Source: Camelus ferus (lineage: Eukaryota). From it: 64,000 bases of DNA. Made by a program: the position numbers and the translations under genes. The stretch lies in the NCBI RefSeq assembly GCF_009834535.1, contig NC_045697.1, positions 78,618,001-78,682,000 on the forward strand. Reading direction: 5' to 3'. This document shows, one piece after another, positions 50,220 through 62,789 of this stretch. Under the pieces are notes generated by a model that did no database searches, was not told the origin of the DNA, and saw only the letters and a list, made by a program, of their open reading frames with translations. Every line of letters starts with the position of its first letter. Positions within the stretch are counted from its first letter, which is position 1.

Positions 50220-50560
50220 GAATCTTTAAGTATCTGGCCTGGACAGCTGGAGATGGCTCTGCTAGTCACCCAGGGGGATACAGACAGGACTGAATTAAAG
50301 GGAAAATATGTTTGAATATGTCAATTATGTAAGCAGCCTGCTGGTAAATACATCCAGGTGGCAGTTGTGAATATGATTCTAGCTTTCAGAGATGAAGTCA
50401 GAATTAGACATACGCATTTGGAAGTCATAAGAGTATTAAAGGGAGGAAGCTGAAACCACAGTCAGGGACAAGAATATCTATGCAGAATGCGAGGATGAGG
50501 AACAAAACAGAAGAGCAAACTCTAGATAATTTTAACATTTAATAGACAGTCAGAAGAGGA
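50220..50560 (-). mobile_element. L2 body fragment, antisense
   Basis: 'atctggcctggacagctggagatgg...catccaggtggcagttgtgaatatgattctagctttcagagatgaagtcagaattagacatacgcatttggaagtcat'. Confidence 0.55.
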
Positions 50561-50639
50561 TAATAGGGCCCTTCACGTGTATTTCAGTCTTGTACTTACC
50601 ACACCATATTATAGTTGGTCCTTTACAGTCTTAGGTGGT

Positions 50640-51030
50640 AATGTGTGAAGTCTCAAGTTAGTAGATCACTCTGTAAAACCTCCACTAATGTTGCTGGCCA
50701 ACATCTTATGGTCATGACAAACAATCACGTAACAAATATGTGTCAGTTTCAGTCAAGATGAATTGCTACCCCTTCCAAAATCGAAAGGGTCCCATGTCAA
50801 CTTGCCACAAGTGTCTAGTTGGCTTTCTTGGGAGGACAGTGCCATTTCAGGGACACACTGTTAATCTCTGTTGTTGACAGGTTAGACATTTGACAGTGGA
50901 TGTAGCTGGATCAGTCTTAGGTGGAAGCTCATGATATTGTATGCATTTATAGTCTCCCTTTTTGACACCAAGACTACCTCATTCATGCACTCATGTTCCA
51001 ACATTGGGCAGGACAATAACAGAAAGTCAC
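50640..51030 (-). mobile_element. ERVL/MaLR-class internal sequence: integrase N-terminus fossil
   Basis: One minus frame reads VHE*GSLGVKKGDYKCIQYHELPPKTDPATSTVKCLTCQQQRLTVCP*NGTVLPRKPTRHLWQVDMGPFRFWKG*QFILTETDTY. This matches ERVL integrase (CxxCQQQR, WQVD..GP...WKG..F.LT..DTY). Confidence 0.8.
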
Positions 51031-51043
51031 TAATAAAAACTTG

Positions 51044-53015
51044 CTGTTATTTGTAGACTTTTTGACGACAGCAATTCTGACAGGTGTGAGGTGATATCTC
51101 ATTGCGGTTTTGATTTGTATTTCTCTAATACTTAGTGATGCTGAGCATCTTTTCATATGCCTGCTGGCCATCTGTATGTTTTCTTTAGAAAAATGTCTAT
51201 TCAGGTCTTCTGCCCATTTTTAATCACGTTTCTTGTCTTTTTGATATTGAGTTGTATGAGCTGTTTGTATATTTTGGGTATTAACCTCTTATGGGTCATA
51301 TCATTTGCAAATATTTTCTCCCATTCTGTAGGTTATATTTTCATTTTATCAACAGTTTCCTTTGCTGTACAAAAGCTTTTAATTTTAATTAGGTTCTATT
51401 TGTTTACTTTTGCTTTTGCTTCTTTTGACATAGGAGACTGATCCAAAAAAATATATATTGCTTTGACTTATGTCAAAGAGTGTTCTGCCTATGTTGTCTT
51501 CTCAGAGTTTTATGGTTTCAAGTCTTACAATTAGGTCTTTATAATCCATTTGAGTTTATCTTTATATATGGTGTGAGAAAATGTCCAAATCTCATTATTC
51601 CACATGTAGCTGTCCTCCCAGTACCACTTATCAGAGATTGTCTTTTCTCCATTGTATATTCTTGCCTCTTTAGTCATAGATTAATTGATCATAGGTGCGT
51701 GAGTTTATTTTGGGCCTCTCTATTCTGTTCCATTGATCTATTTGTCTGTTGTTTTTGGTTTGGGGGTTTGGTTTTTTTTTTTTTTTTTGGCTTTATCATG
51801 ATGTATTGGTTACTGTGTGTGGCTTTGTAGTATAGTTTGAAGTCAGGAAGCAGGATACCTCCAGCTTTGTTCTTTTTTTCTTAAGATTGCTTTGACAGTT
51901 CAGGATCTTTTGTGGTTCCATATAAACTTTAGGATTATTTATTTTAGTTCTTTGAAAAATATTATTGGTATTTTGACAGAGATTGTACTAAATCTGTAGA
52001 TTGCTTTGGGTAGTATGGACATTCTAACAATATTAACTTTTCAGTGCAAGAAAATGGGCTATCTTTGCACTTCTTTGTATCTTTCCATATCTTTGTACCA
52101 TCTTCCAGTTTCTTCATTAATGTTTTATAATTTTCAAAGTATAGGTCTTTTACATCTTTGGTTAAGTTTATTACTAAGTATTTTTTGATGCAATTTTAAA
52201 TGAGCCTGGAGTTTTTTTGCATTAAAAAGTCTACAAGAAAGAAATATTGGTGAGGATGTGAAGAAAAGAGAACCCTGGTACATTGCTGGTAGGAATGTAA
52301 ATTGGTGCAGCCACCATGGAAAACACTATAGAAGGTCCTTAAAAAACTAAAAATAGAATTATCATATGATCTAGCACTTTCACTCCTGGTTATACATCTG
52401 AAAAAAAACAAAAAAACTAATTTGAAAAGAAACATGCACCCCAATGTTCATAGCAGCACTATTTTACAATTGCCAAAATATGGAAACAATCTAATTGTCC
52501 ATCAACAAACAAATAAAGAAATATACATACATACATACATACATACATACATACATACATACATACATACATAATGGAATATTACTCAGCCATAAAAAAG
52601 AATGAAATTCTCCCATTGCAACAACATGGATAGACCTAGACTATTATGTGTAGTGCAATAAATCAGACAGAGAAAGACAAATGCTGTATCATATCACTTA
52701 TATGTGGAAACTAAAAAATAAGAAGAATGTATATAACAAAACAGAAACAGACTTACAGATATAGAAAACAAACCAGTGGATACCAGCGGGGAGAGGGAAT
52801 GGGGAGGGGCAAGATAGGGGTATAGGTTTAAGATATAGAAACTACATGTATAAAATAGATAAGCAACAAGAATATATTATACAGCACAGGAATATATAGC
52901 CATTATTTTGTAGTAACTTTAAATGGAGTATAATCTAGAGAAATATTGAATCACTATGCTATACATCTGAAACTAATATTATAAATCAACTGTACTTTGA
53001 AAATAAAAAAAAAAA
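51044..53015. mobile_element. 5'-inverted L1 (twin-priming structure): 51044-~52202 antisense, ~52221-53015 sense with A-tail
   Basis: The minus part encodes [36 protein letters not shown]. The plus part resumes at 'aaaaagtctacaa' and runs to the 3'UTR and poly(A). TSD aaaaacttg at 51035-51043 and 53012-53020. Confidence 0.9.
52523..52573. repeat. (ATAC)~12 microsatellite within L1
   Basis: Directly visible. Confidence 0.95.
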
Positions 53016-53020
53016 ACTTG

Positions 53021-53200
53021 GTGAACCATTCTTTCTACTTAGTTGTTTAGTGTCTCTTCTACGGTGGATAATCTCTGGTGGATAATACAAATATCTTCAC
53101 ATATATTATCTATTCCCAAATGTGTTATCAACATGCCAGACTTCCTTGGGCACAATCTTTGAATCTTTCCCCTTTTAGACTTAACAGTCAGCCAGGCAAG
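53021..53200 (-). mobile_element. ERVL/MaLR-class pol fragment (RNase H region), continuation of 50640-51030
   Basis: Reverse strand 'aaagattgtgcccaaggaagtctgg...gtgaagatatttgtat...ccaccgtagaagagacactaaacaactaagtagaaagaatg' resembles ERVL KEIW...VKIFV...EE..NNQVDRM. Confidence 0.6.
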
Positions 53201-54459
53201 TGAGGAAATAGAGATCTAGAGAAATGAAATAATACATCCAAGATCACAGAGTTAGTGAATGGTGGCCCCATTACTCAAACCAGAAAGTATATTAAGAACA
53301 TGAAACCTGAGGAGTGAGATTAGGTATAAAAGAGAGATTCAAAAAAAGAATGTATTTGAGGCTGAGGGGGAACTGGTTTGCAGTATTACCTAAGTGGATG
53401 GAACTGCTACTAACTAAGTGGCTAGTCTGCTGTCTCCCCTGCTGTTCTGCAAGGGGGTTTCTACTGAAAAAGGATAAAGTAAAAGAAGAGAAGGGGAAAG
53501 AGGTGCAAAGGATAATATATGGAATAGAAGAAGAAAGAAACACTTGATATCAGACTGCTGCTGAGGGGATTAAAGAATCTCCTTCCACACAGACCCTTTG
53601 CTGGTGTTCTCCAATCTCCTTCTCTATCTTTATTTTTGTGCCCCTACTCATAGCACTTCTATATTAGATTCCTGTAAAATTCTTAGTGCTTCCTGGACCT
53701 TTTTACCACACTTCAAGACAGATTCCTCTCTTATTTAGTCTAGAAAACGGTATCTATTTCTGTTGAAATGTTGCTCCATTTTCAAAGATTTTTATTTATA
53801 CATGGAACTTGCAACCTTGAGAATTCATCATACCTATCCTACTCATTATCTTCAAGGAAATGGCATGTGCACTGTTTCATGGTTTAGAATACTTTTTCAA
53901 TTTCTGTTCTTTAAACATCTTACCATAAGGAGGGGAAGTTGAGGGTGAGAATGGGTTACAGCAAAGTTGGAATGATGATCTCCTTGATCATTAGTCTCTA
54001 CTTGAAAAAAAACCAGAATTTGAGGGAAAAGAATCATTCACATTAGTAATGATTCCTTCAGTTCACCAGCTCCCTTCCTTCTTGACTTTCCCCTCAGGAA
54101 CCTATGTAGCACCTACAAACCCCTCCCTCGATGTCAGTCCAGTGAGAACCAGGATAAACCAGCCTTTATCTGGCAAGCAGAAAACTTCTCCCACATTCGC
54201 CTGGCAATAATTCAAGACCAATCTAAGCCTCAAAGTTGTCTAGACTACACTAAGTGGCTTTTGGGGAACAGCATTGGAAGACTGGGGATTTCATTTGTTT
54301 TTTCTTTTGTGTTATAAAACTAAAATTATAATGCTGACTTCTTCAAAGTAACAAGCAGTCAGGTGATAGTTTAGTACCCATTTCTTACTGCCCCAGAATA
54401 CTCCAAGACAGGGGCGGAAGACCAGAATGCTAAATGCTAAAACCGAAGGTCACCTCAGG

Positions 54460-54925
54460 TCTCATCCTTCAAGTCTCAGCTTAAATGTCAACTACTTAGG
54501 GAAGATTTTCCCTGACCTTCCCATCTATGAACACTCTCACAGTGCCCTGTCTTTTGCCTCCTGAGTAGTTACTATAATCATCATTATTTCTACAATTAAA
54601 TTAATGCTTTCCCCACTAATTCCTGAACTAATAAAGCCTACCCTGATATTTAATACTGCAGACTGCACTCCTATGCCCGTATTTCCAGTGCCCCTTACCT
54701 TGCTCTATTTTTTAAAATTTTCCTCTTAGCTTTTATCACCTAATATCATTCTATATAATTTCTTATTAATCACATCTATTACTTATTGTTTGTCTTCTAT
54801 AATTAGAACGAATGCTCTCCAAAGTCAGTAAACTTATGTATTTTGTTTGCTGGTATATTCTAAGTTTCTAGATGAAAGTATATATAGAATTTGCTTGATA
54901 AATATTTATTGAGTGAATAAATAGG
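54460..54925 (+). mobile_element. L2 (L2a-like) 3' fragments
   Basis: 'tcatccttcaagtctcagcttaaatgtcaactacttagggaagattttccctgacc' and 'ttgataaatatttattgagtgaataaat'. Confidence 0.65.
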
Positions 54926-55771
54926 AGGGGGAGAGATCGGTCTGGTATACCTCACTCACATCCTCGTGGTTGATTGTCTTCCCAAGATTTCACACTCAAT
55001 GCCTACTAATTTGAAGATTAATGAAGACAGGAGATGAGAGTGAATGAATAAATAAAAGATGGAACTTGCTTAAAAATATTATTTTAAATAGCTGTAATTA
55101 AATCCTCCAAACCAGTATCTTACCAGAAAACAGATCATTAATTTTACTAAATTTATTCTATAAACTCAAAATGTCATTATACAAGATATCAGAATTATTC
55201 AGGCTCTATCTAATCTACATAATTCTCTTTAAGTTTGTGTGAATGTGTATGTATGTATGTCTATACATGTGTATACTTCAAGTGGTGATGATTTTCCTGT
55301 TCCACAGACAAGTTAGAGAACTAAGGGGGAGAAAAAACCACCAATGAGTTAAAGTGTAAGAATAATTTTGTTTTCTTTACTAACATCCTTGTTTTTATTT
55401 CATCCCTTCATTTGGATGAGAATTTCTGAAAACACATGTCATGTAAATAAGGATATCACATAAAGTTTATTCTAACATGCCTATAGGTATGAGCATATAT
55501 TTGGGGATCATCATGTATTTATATGGACATGTAATTCAACAGAGAAAAATTAACTAATTTCAATTTTAAAATATCTAATAATTTGAAAATTTTTCTGAGC
55601 TTTGAAAAAAATAGTTTCCTATTAGAAAATTCCCAAAATATGTATTTTCTCTAATAATGTATTTTTGGAAAATCTTATGTAATATGTAATAATATTTACT
55701 TTAGCTGAAACCTTTTATTCCTCTTTTGTTCTTGTTAAATTTCATGGCCAGAAAAGTGTACTTTTAAAAAA

Positions 55772-57148
55772 CTTTTTTGTGGAATAACTGACAAATATAA
55801 TTATATAAATTTAAAGTATACAATGTGATGATTTGATATAAATATACCTTATAGAATGATTACCAAGATCAAAATAATAAACACATCCATCACCTCACAT
55901 AGTTAACATAGTTAACTCGTGTGTGTGTGTGTGTGTGTGTGGTGAGAATGCTTAAATCTACCCTCAGCAGCTTTCAAGTATGCAATACTGCATTATTAAC
56001 TGTAGTCATCATGCTATACATCAGATCCTCAGAATTTATTCTTCTTATAATTGAAAATATATTTAAAGAAGTCATTATTTCTTTATATTTCTTCTCCTTC
56101 TTTTCTCCTTCTGGAACCCCAATAATTTACAAACAGTTTCTTTTTCTAGTTTACGTGGATCATGTAGGCTTTCTTCATTCTTTTTCATTCTTTTTGTCTG
56201 TTCTCTGACATTATAATCTCAAGTTTTGTCTTCTAATTCTTTCTTCTGCTTGATCCATTCTACTATTGATACCCTCTATTTTATTTTTCAATTCATTCTA
56301 TTTTATTTTTCAATTCATTCAATTTTTCAGCTGTAGAATCTCTGTTTGATTCTTTTTGATTTCTCTTTGTTAAAGTTCTCATTTTGTCTGTGTATTGTTT
56401 TCCTGATTTTGTTTTCTATATTTTGTTGTTTTTAACTTAAAAATTTAGCCTTATTAAGGTATAACTGACATATAAAATTGTAAGAGATTTAAAGTGTACA
56501 TCATGATGATTTAATATACGTATATATTGTGAAAGAACTCTCATCTAGTTAATTAACGTATCCAGCACATCACATATTTATCTTTTTTTTTTTGGTGAGA
56601 CATCTATATTTTCTTGTAGCTCACTGAGTTTTCATAAAACAGCTATTTTGAATTCTTTAACAACTAAATCACACATCTCCATGTCTTTTGGATAAGTTAC
56701 TGGAAGATTACTGTGATCCTTTGGTGTTGTCACATTCCTTAATTTTTCATGTTCCTTGAAGTTTTGTGTTGTTGTCTTTGTATCTGAAGTAGCAGTCATC
56801 TCCTCCAATCTTTACTAAGTGTTCTTTGCAATGCATTTATATATATAGAAACTTGGACTTCCACAAAGACTCTCTCATCTGTGGGTAGTTGTTTAAGACA
56901 GTCTTTTCCAGAGGCTTCTAGAGAGGCTACAGCCAGTTCATGGGTCACTGCAGGGCCCACAGCTGGGACCAAGGTCTGTATATCTATTACCCAACACAAG
57001 GGTGGGCAAGACTCCTCTCAGGTCCCTTGGCATATGATGTTGAATCCCACAGCTCCCTAAAAAAGGCATTTTTGTCTGCAGATGGATGCCAAATTGTTGT
57101 TAAGAGATGAGATACGAACAAGAGATGTCTTAATTAGCCATAAACTTG
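55772..57148 (-). mobile_element. L1 (L1MA-type): 5'UTR and partial ORF1 abutting a 3'UTR
   Basis: 57148-56850 resembles an L1 5' end (minus strand 'atggctaattaagacatctc...caacaatttggcatccatctgcagacaaaaatgcc'). ORF1 remnant VTTPKDHSNLPVTYPKDMEMCDLVVKEFKIAVL*KLSELQENIE. 56055-55772 is an L1MA8/9-type 3'UTR with (GT)n. Confidence 0.75.
56430..56602 (-). mobile_element. Nested short L1MA9-type 3' end
   Basis: 'ttattaaggtataactgacatataaaattgtaagagatttaaagtgtacatcatgatgattt...tttggtgagaca'. 15-bp TSD tctatatttt(g/c)ttgt at 56415-56429 and 56603-56617. Confidence 0.8.
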
Positions 57149-60100
57149 CCTATTTTACTAAAAAAAGATTGCTTAACAATAGTGCATTTTGTTTCTAATA
57201 CTCAAGTACAAGTGTTGGCTATGCAAATCTATATGTTATGCAGTTTCTTTACGTCATGATAAGTAATAGTTTTGAACATAATTTCCTAGTTGATTAGAGA
57301 ATATCCATAGTTTGCCAAGTTATATCTCATCATATTTTAAAGGCTTTGATGATTGTAACTTAGAATTTTGGAGGAAAAAAATCTAGATTATAAGTCCTTA
57401 TTCTCTCCTATTTAAACATTTCACAGCTTCAGAAGTGTCCACTTCTCAGAAGAAATTTATTTTCCTAGTACAGAATTTTCAAAGTTATGTTCTACAATAT
57501 TGTTAAATCATGAATAAATCAAAGCTTATAAACAGACAGATAAAAGAAACATAGGTTTGCTCAACTACCGTCTTCTCCTCTTTCTCTAAATATGGTCTCT
57601 CTACTTCAAACACAGTTTATCTACATGAATAAAATGCGACCAAAATCCCCAGTCCTTCTGCTGCGATAACTATACATCTCCTGGCTTAAATGAGGCAATA
57701 CTCTAACGGCTTCAATACGCATACAGACAGTTGCAAACATATGTTAAATATCATATACTTATAGTAACTAAATTTAGCTTCTGCCTGTATATTTAAAATA
57801 CGATATTTAACTAAATTTATTAAACTCCTCTTACAGAAGGCCATTCTGGATCATTCAGAACAGGGAAGAACAGAAATATTCATCCATGCTAGCAAAATAT
57901 ATAACGCAAATTAATTGAGTCAAAATACTAAGCATTATTTTCCTAAACATGATTTTATTCTAATTATTTAGATATTACCAGTAATAGCATTTTAAGGTTT
58001 AAGTATAAATATAACTCTCTTGACTCCTCACTTGCCGTGCACAGACACAAAGAAAATTCATCACAATCCTGAAATGGCTACATCAGAATTACAATACTGA
58101 GCAGCAATTCAGAGATTATTTACACAAAATAGAGTTAAAACAGGCTTCGCACACCATTGACAAAAATGAATAAAAGTCCTTTCCATTAAATGTGTAAAAC
58201 TTAATTCAACTCATTGGATACTAGGAACATTAATTTTATGCTGTATTTTTCAGAGCTTTGCCATATTTAGCCTTTTAGATCTCTGTGACAATAACTTTCT
58301 GACTCATTGCTTCCTCTAGCTTTTTTTGCTAACTATGTCTTTTGCAGTTATGTCTGATTTACGTAACTTTTAAAATATTCTTCTTGACAATTTTTTTCAA
58401 CATCTCCAATTTCTGAGTATCTTATCCATGCTGGCTAACATTTAAAAAAAATAAAGCTCACTTTTTTTTATCAATTGGAACCATTCGTGGAGAATAAACA
58501 GAAAAATGCACTATTTTCAGATTTGCTTTACTGTCTACACTCCGGCTCACACCACTACTACTTTGAAATATGGGCTGTTCTGAATTCTTGAAGTACAACA
58601 GGTATTGGTCACTTTATGTATTTTTGTCTTCAGTTACTTGTTTTGAATTAGTGTTTATCTCAGGGACATGTCGATGTTTTCATAGTGAAACATCTCTATC
58701 TATTGCTGACAATCACTCTGCATTTCTGCAGCATTACCACATGAGAGCCAAGAATTAAAGCTGCCAAAACAAGCCTAAGTCTTTATAGTCACTGGGAAAT
58801 TAATTACTATATAAAGAAATAAAACTAGTCACTTCCCCATATTATTCCAAAGGAGTCATTTTATAACATTGCCTTCAAGAGGGCCATTCTGATTGATGAC
58901 ACACCATTTCACTTGAATTTCACCTGAAATTTCTGCCTCCTGAAAGCCGAAAGACATCAGGTTAAAACTAATCTCACTGTACCTTAGACCACTCCTGTTC
59001 CCTCTAACACTTGCATCATTTTATTTTCACCCTTAACCCTAGGTGGTCCTTCTCTTGATTTTCCTCCTTCTCTCTAACCAGGAGTCAGTCACTACCCTGT
59101 AATCCAGAGCAGAGGCAACTGACCATTTAATAAGGAATTACTGCCATCTTGTGGCTATCATAATTGAAGGCAAATAATTCTAAAGCACTGGACAAGAAAA
59201 AAAAAAGTGAGGTTTTTACATGCTCTATCTTATATCTATTTTACCTCCACACACACCATTAAAGAGGCCCTATCACGTGTATTGCTTAATAGTGAAAGTA
59301 TGTACATTAGTATTATAACATTCAGGAAAATGGTCTCTTCTTCAGAATTCATCAAAGTCCAGAAGTAAATGGAAAACAATCTTAAAAACTTGAGTCTGCA
59401 CAGGATAGAACACTGTGTAGGCAACCAAGCAGAGGCATTAATAATTTCTACTATCCACTCCTTTAGCAATTTATCTTCATTTTTTTAAATGTTAAGAATT
59501 TGTAAAAGGTCATAATTCAGTAGATTCAAATATTTCTAACCCTACGGTGACATGTTTGCCACACATCTCAATAGCCCATGTCAGCGCCGGAAATTGGCCA
59601 AGACCTACTAATAACCAGAAACAGATTTGAAGCGAATGCTTCTCTCAGATCTGTTTGGCACATGTTGTCTTCAATATTCCTTCTCTTGACATGTGACAAA
59701 TTTGCAAATTCTGCATTTTTAAGATTCACATACTACAGCCAGTAAAATACTGGCAGTGAGATACAGTGAGCACATCTAAGAACACTTTGTTCTGAAATTA
59801 TAAAGCAAAACTCTAACCCTGCTTCTCTGTCAAGGTATGTGAAATGCTATTTAAAGAAAAAAAAAGATTTTTGAGCAGAGGTTTCAAGGTGTATTTAGCT
59901 ACATGTATTTGATTTAGGGCAACGCCTTACTAAAAACTTACTTAGTTAACTAGATGTTCAAAAGTTGCTCCCCATGAGACTTGTATTGGTTCTGATGTGT
60001 AAAACTTTAAATGTTTAGTGGAAAACACTCCACCTGGTGGTAGAAGAAAAAGGGTAGCCCCTTTCTGCAAAAGACCCTTAGGGAAAAAGAAAAAAAAAGA

Positions 60101-62789
60101 AAGAAAGAAAAGGAAAAAAGACAGAATGAATCAACAGAATACTCGTCTAGTTAGAAACCGTGTAAGATACTCCACTGCAGTTGGTGAGCATCTTAAAAGC
60201 AAAATCCAGACAGAATCTGTCTCTCTATAAATCTTTCCACCCCTTTCCATTACTAGTTAGGTATTGTTGGCTCTCAGCCATCTGATTTTACTATGATTTA
60301 TTAACTGCTATGCATTATATATGAGATTCAGGTTTGTTGAAGAGTTACCCTTATGGTCATTGTTGCATACAAATCAGCTACTGTTAGAGAGGTTTATTGC
60401 ATCATTTTATGCCGCTAGCACTTTTGTTAGGCAGTAGTAGAATATGTAACTGGAAAAGAAAACCCTTCCTGTTTTATTTTCCCATATATGTTACTAGCAT
60501 ATGCAGTCATGGTAAGAACAATAGTCCTTTGTTCTAGTCCGTTTATAAAAAGAAAAAAAGGCATCCAGAACAATAGATGAGAAGAAATAAAAACCTGTTG
60601 TCTAAATCAAGGGATTGGTATTCTCCAAATCACTGCTGCAGCACTGAGCCATTTTCTCTGGTAAGACCAACCGAAACGTGAGAAAGAGCAATAATGTGAG
60701 CAAAACCAATTTACTCTTGGTAGGAAATTGGAAAGAACGGTAGCAGAGACCTAAGCAGACCTGTCTCTGAAATAAGCTACCACAAACCGGTGTTTCCACA
60801 CTCTTTCACATTGGGACATTTGATTAACTAAGTAATTCAACTTGAATTTCTAGTCCAGGTCTCCATACAATGACTTGAAAGCTTGCCTTTAGCTGGTATA
60901 AACAATCAAGACAAAAGCAGCACATTACCTAAATGGCCTTGGGGCACCTACAACAACACACAGGGAGAAAAGAGAATGGATATTGTCTTGCAGTAGCCAA
61001 CAGAAGGGGAAAAGGTGTGACCGATCATATTTTTTTAAAGGGAGAGAGGGATGCCTTCCTTCCTATCTGAAATCTTGCCATGTTCCTCTGACCACAAGCA
61101 TTTCAGTCCACTTCAGTGTGGCATATGTTACGAAGTGTTTCTGAAGAAAGGAGTTATTGTTCGGTAACAGCATTACGTCCAAGAAGAATGAGGCAAATAT
61201 TCTGCAGTCTTAGCTTTGGTATGACTGCTCCAGGTATACTGGAATCATACCTACTGAAACATATGCAAAACGATTTTAAAATCTCAAGGATGTAGATTAT
61301 TAAATGCATGTAATTTTTACATTTTAAGCCATCCATGAATGCATTTCCTAATTTATAAATAGCTTGATTTCCTCTTAATTAACTGAGTATTGTGACAGAT
61401 TCAACTGGAGTCATGTTTAAGAAAATCTGGGCGAAAAGGATTTTCAGTTTAGCTTAACCAAAAAAAAAAAAAGGGTTTATTAGATGCCGTGTCTACTGAT
61501 AATTTTTAAGCATAATAGAGATAAATGGCTGGTTAGTTGACAGTAGAGGTTCTTAATCACTGCAGGTCTCTGATTTGTACAGATAATTTTTAATGTATAT
61601 TGAGTATTATTCCACAAAAACTGCAAAAGAGGAGATGCTCAGAAGGAAGCTGAGATATTGAGGAAGACAGATAAAGGGATCCAAGAGAACAAGCCATCCT
61701 CATGTATGGAGAAATTTGAAACGTATCACTGATAGGTTGTGCTACCAACACAGATCCATAGCCTATGAATTCACAGCTGCCTCGAAACGCTCAAGACTTC
61801 CAGTTTCTAGGATCAATGGTTTGAAAAATGCCTTACGTACAGAGTCACAATTTTGTGTCATATTCCTCCCCCAATTTTTCTTTAAGGGGGCATATTGTTT
61901 TCCTCCACTAAAGGTATATGATTCAGGAAAGTGGAAAATCCATCTCCTGAAAATAAACTATTAACTGGTATATAATATTGTTACTAAATATTTTGTTTAC
62001 CTTAAAAAAAAAAAAGCTCAAAGCACAAAATTTTCAGTTTTTAAAAGATCTTCAAAAGAAGTAATTTAATTGAAAAATTTCAGAAACTAACCCCAACTAC
62101 TCTCCCATGCAGTTTGCATATATTTTCAAATCTTTTAAAAAATTATTATGTATGATCCCTATTTCCTCTGTGTCTAACATAATTATAAGGAACTGCACAG
62201 AGAGTGAAAAGAATGAGTGTGCAATGTTTATCCCAGTTTCTCTGTCTTCTGATGACACTGTTTAAACTGATGCATTTCATTTGGCCTGGGCAACCTAGAC
62301 CCTCAGGTCCAAGGCAAACCCTAATTAAGCTAAGTGGTACCTTTTCCAACGACATCTGCTACCAAAAGTTTCAAATATCCACAACAAAGCATGATTTTCA
62401 GCTTCCAGATACATTATGATTAATTATTTTTTCCCAAAAGGATGAAGTTACAAATTGAGACACCACTTCCGGTATTTTAGAACCACAAAAGCTCGACCCG
62501 TTTCTTACTTTCATTCTTTTTTTTTAATTCTTTTTCATTTATTCAGGTGTTTAGACTCACTCTACCTTTTGACAAGTTTAATAATTAAAACAAGTGTAAA
62601 CAATCAAACAGCAACACATAATACAGTAAAGGCTAGAAGAAAAGCTAAGATGTTTTTCTCTCTCTTTTTTTTTTCCCTCAGCCTCTACGGATTTATGAAA
62701 CTTCCTTTTTAGGTGGTGCCTCTACAAGGCAAAGTAAAATGGACGGTTTCCAGTTGTTGTGTTTTAAAATGAATAAAGTGGTATAAAAT

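Noticed and set aside
8769..56322. Scattered 9-23 bp tandem micro-duplications (e.g. ~8770, ~21106, ~44985, ~53063, ~55897, ~56278)
   Set aside because: Consistent with background replication slippage, with no shared motif or spacing.
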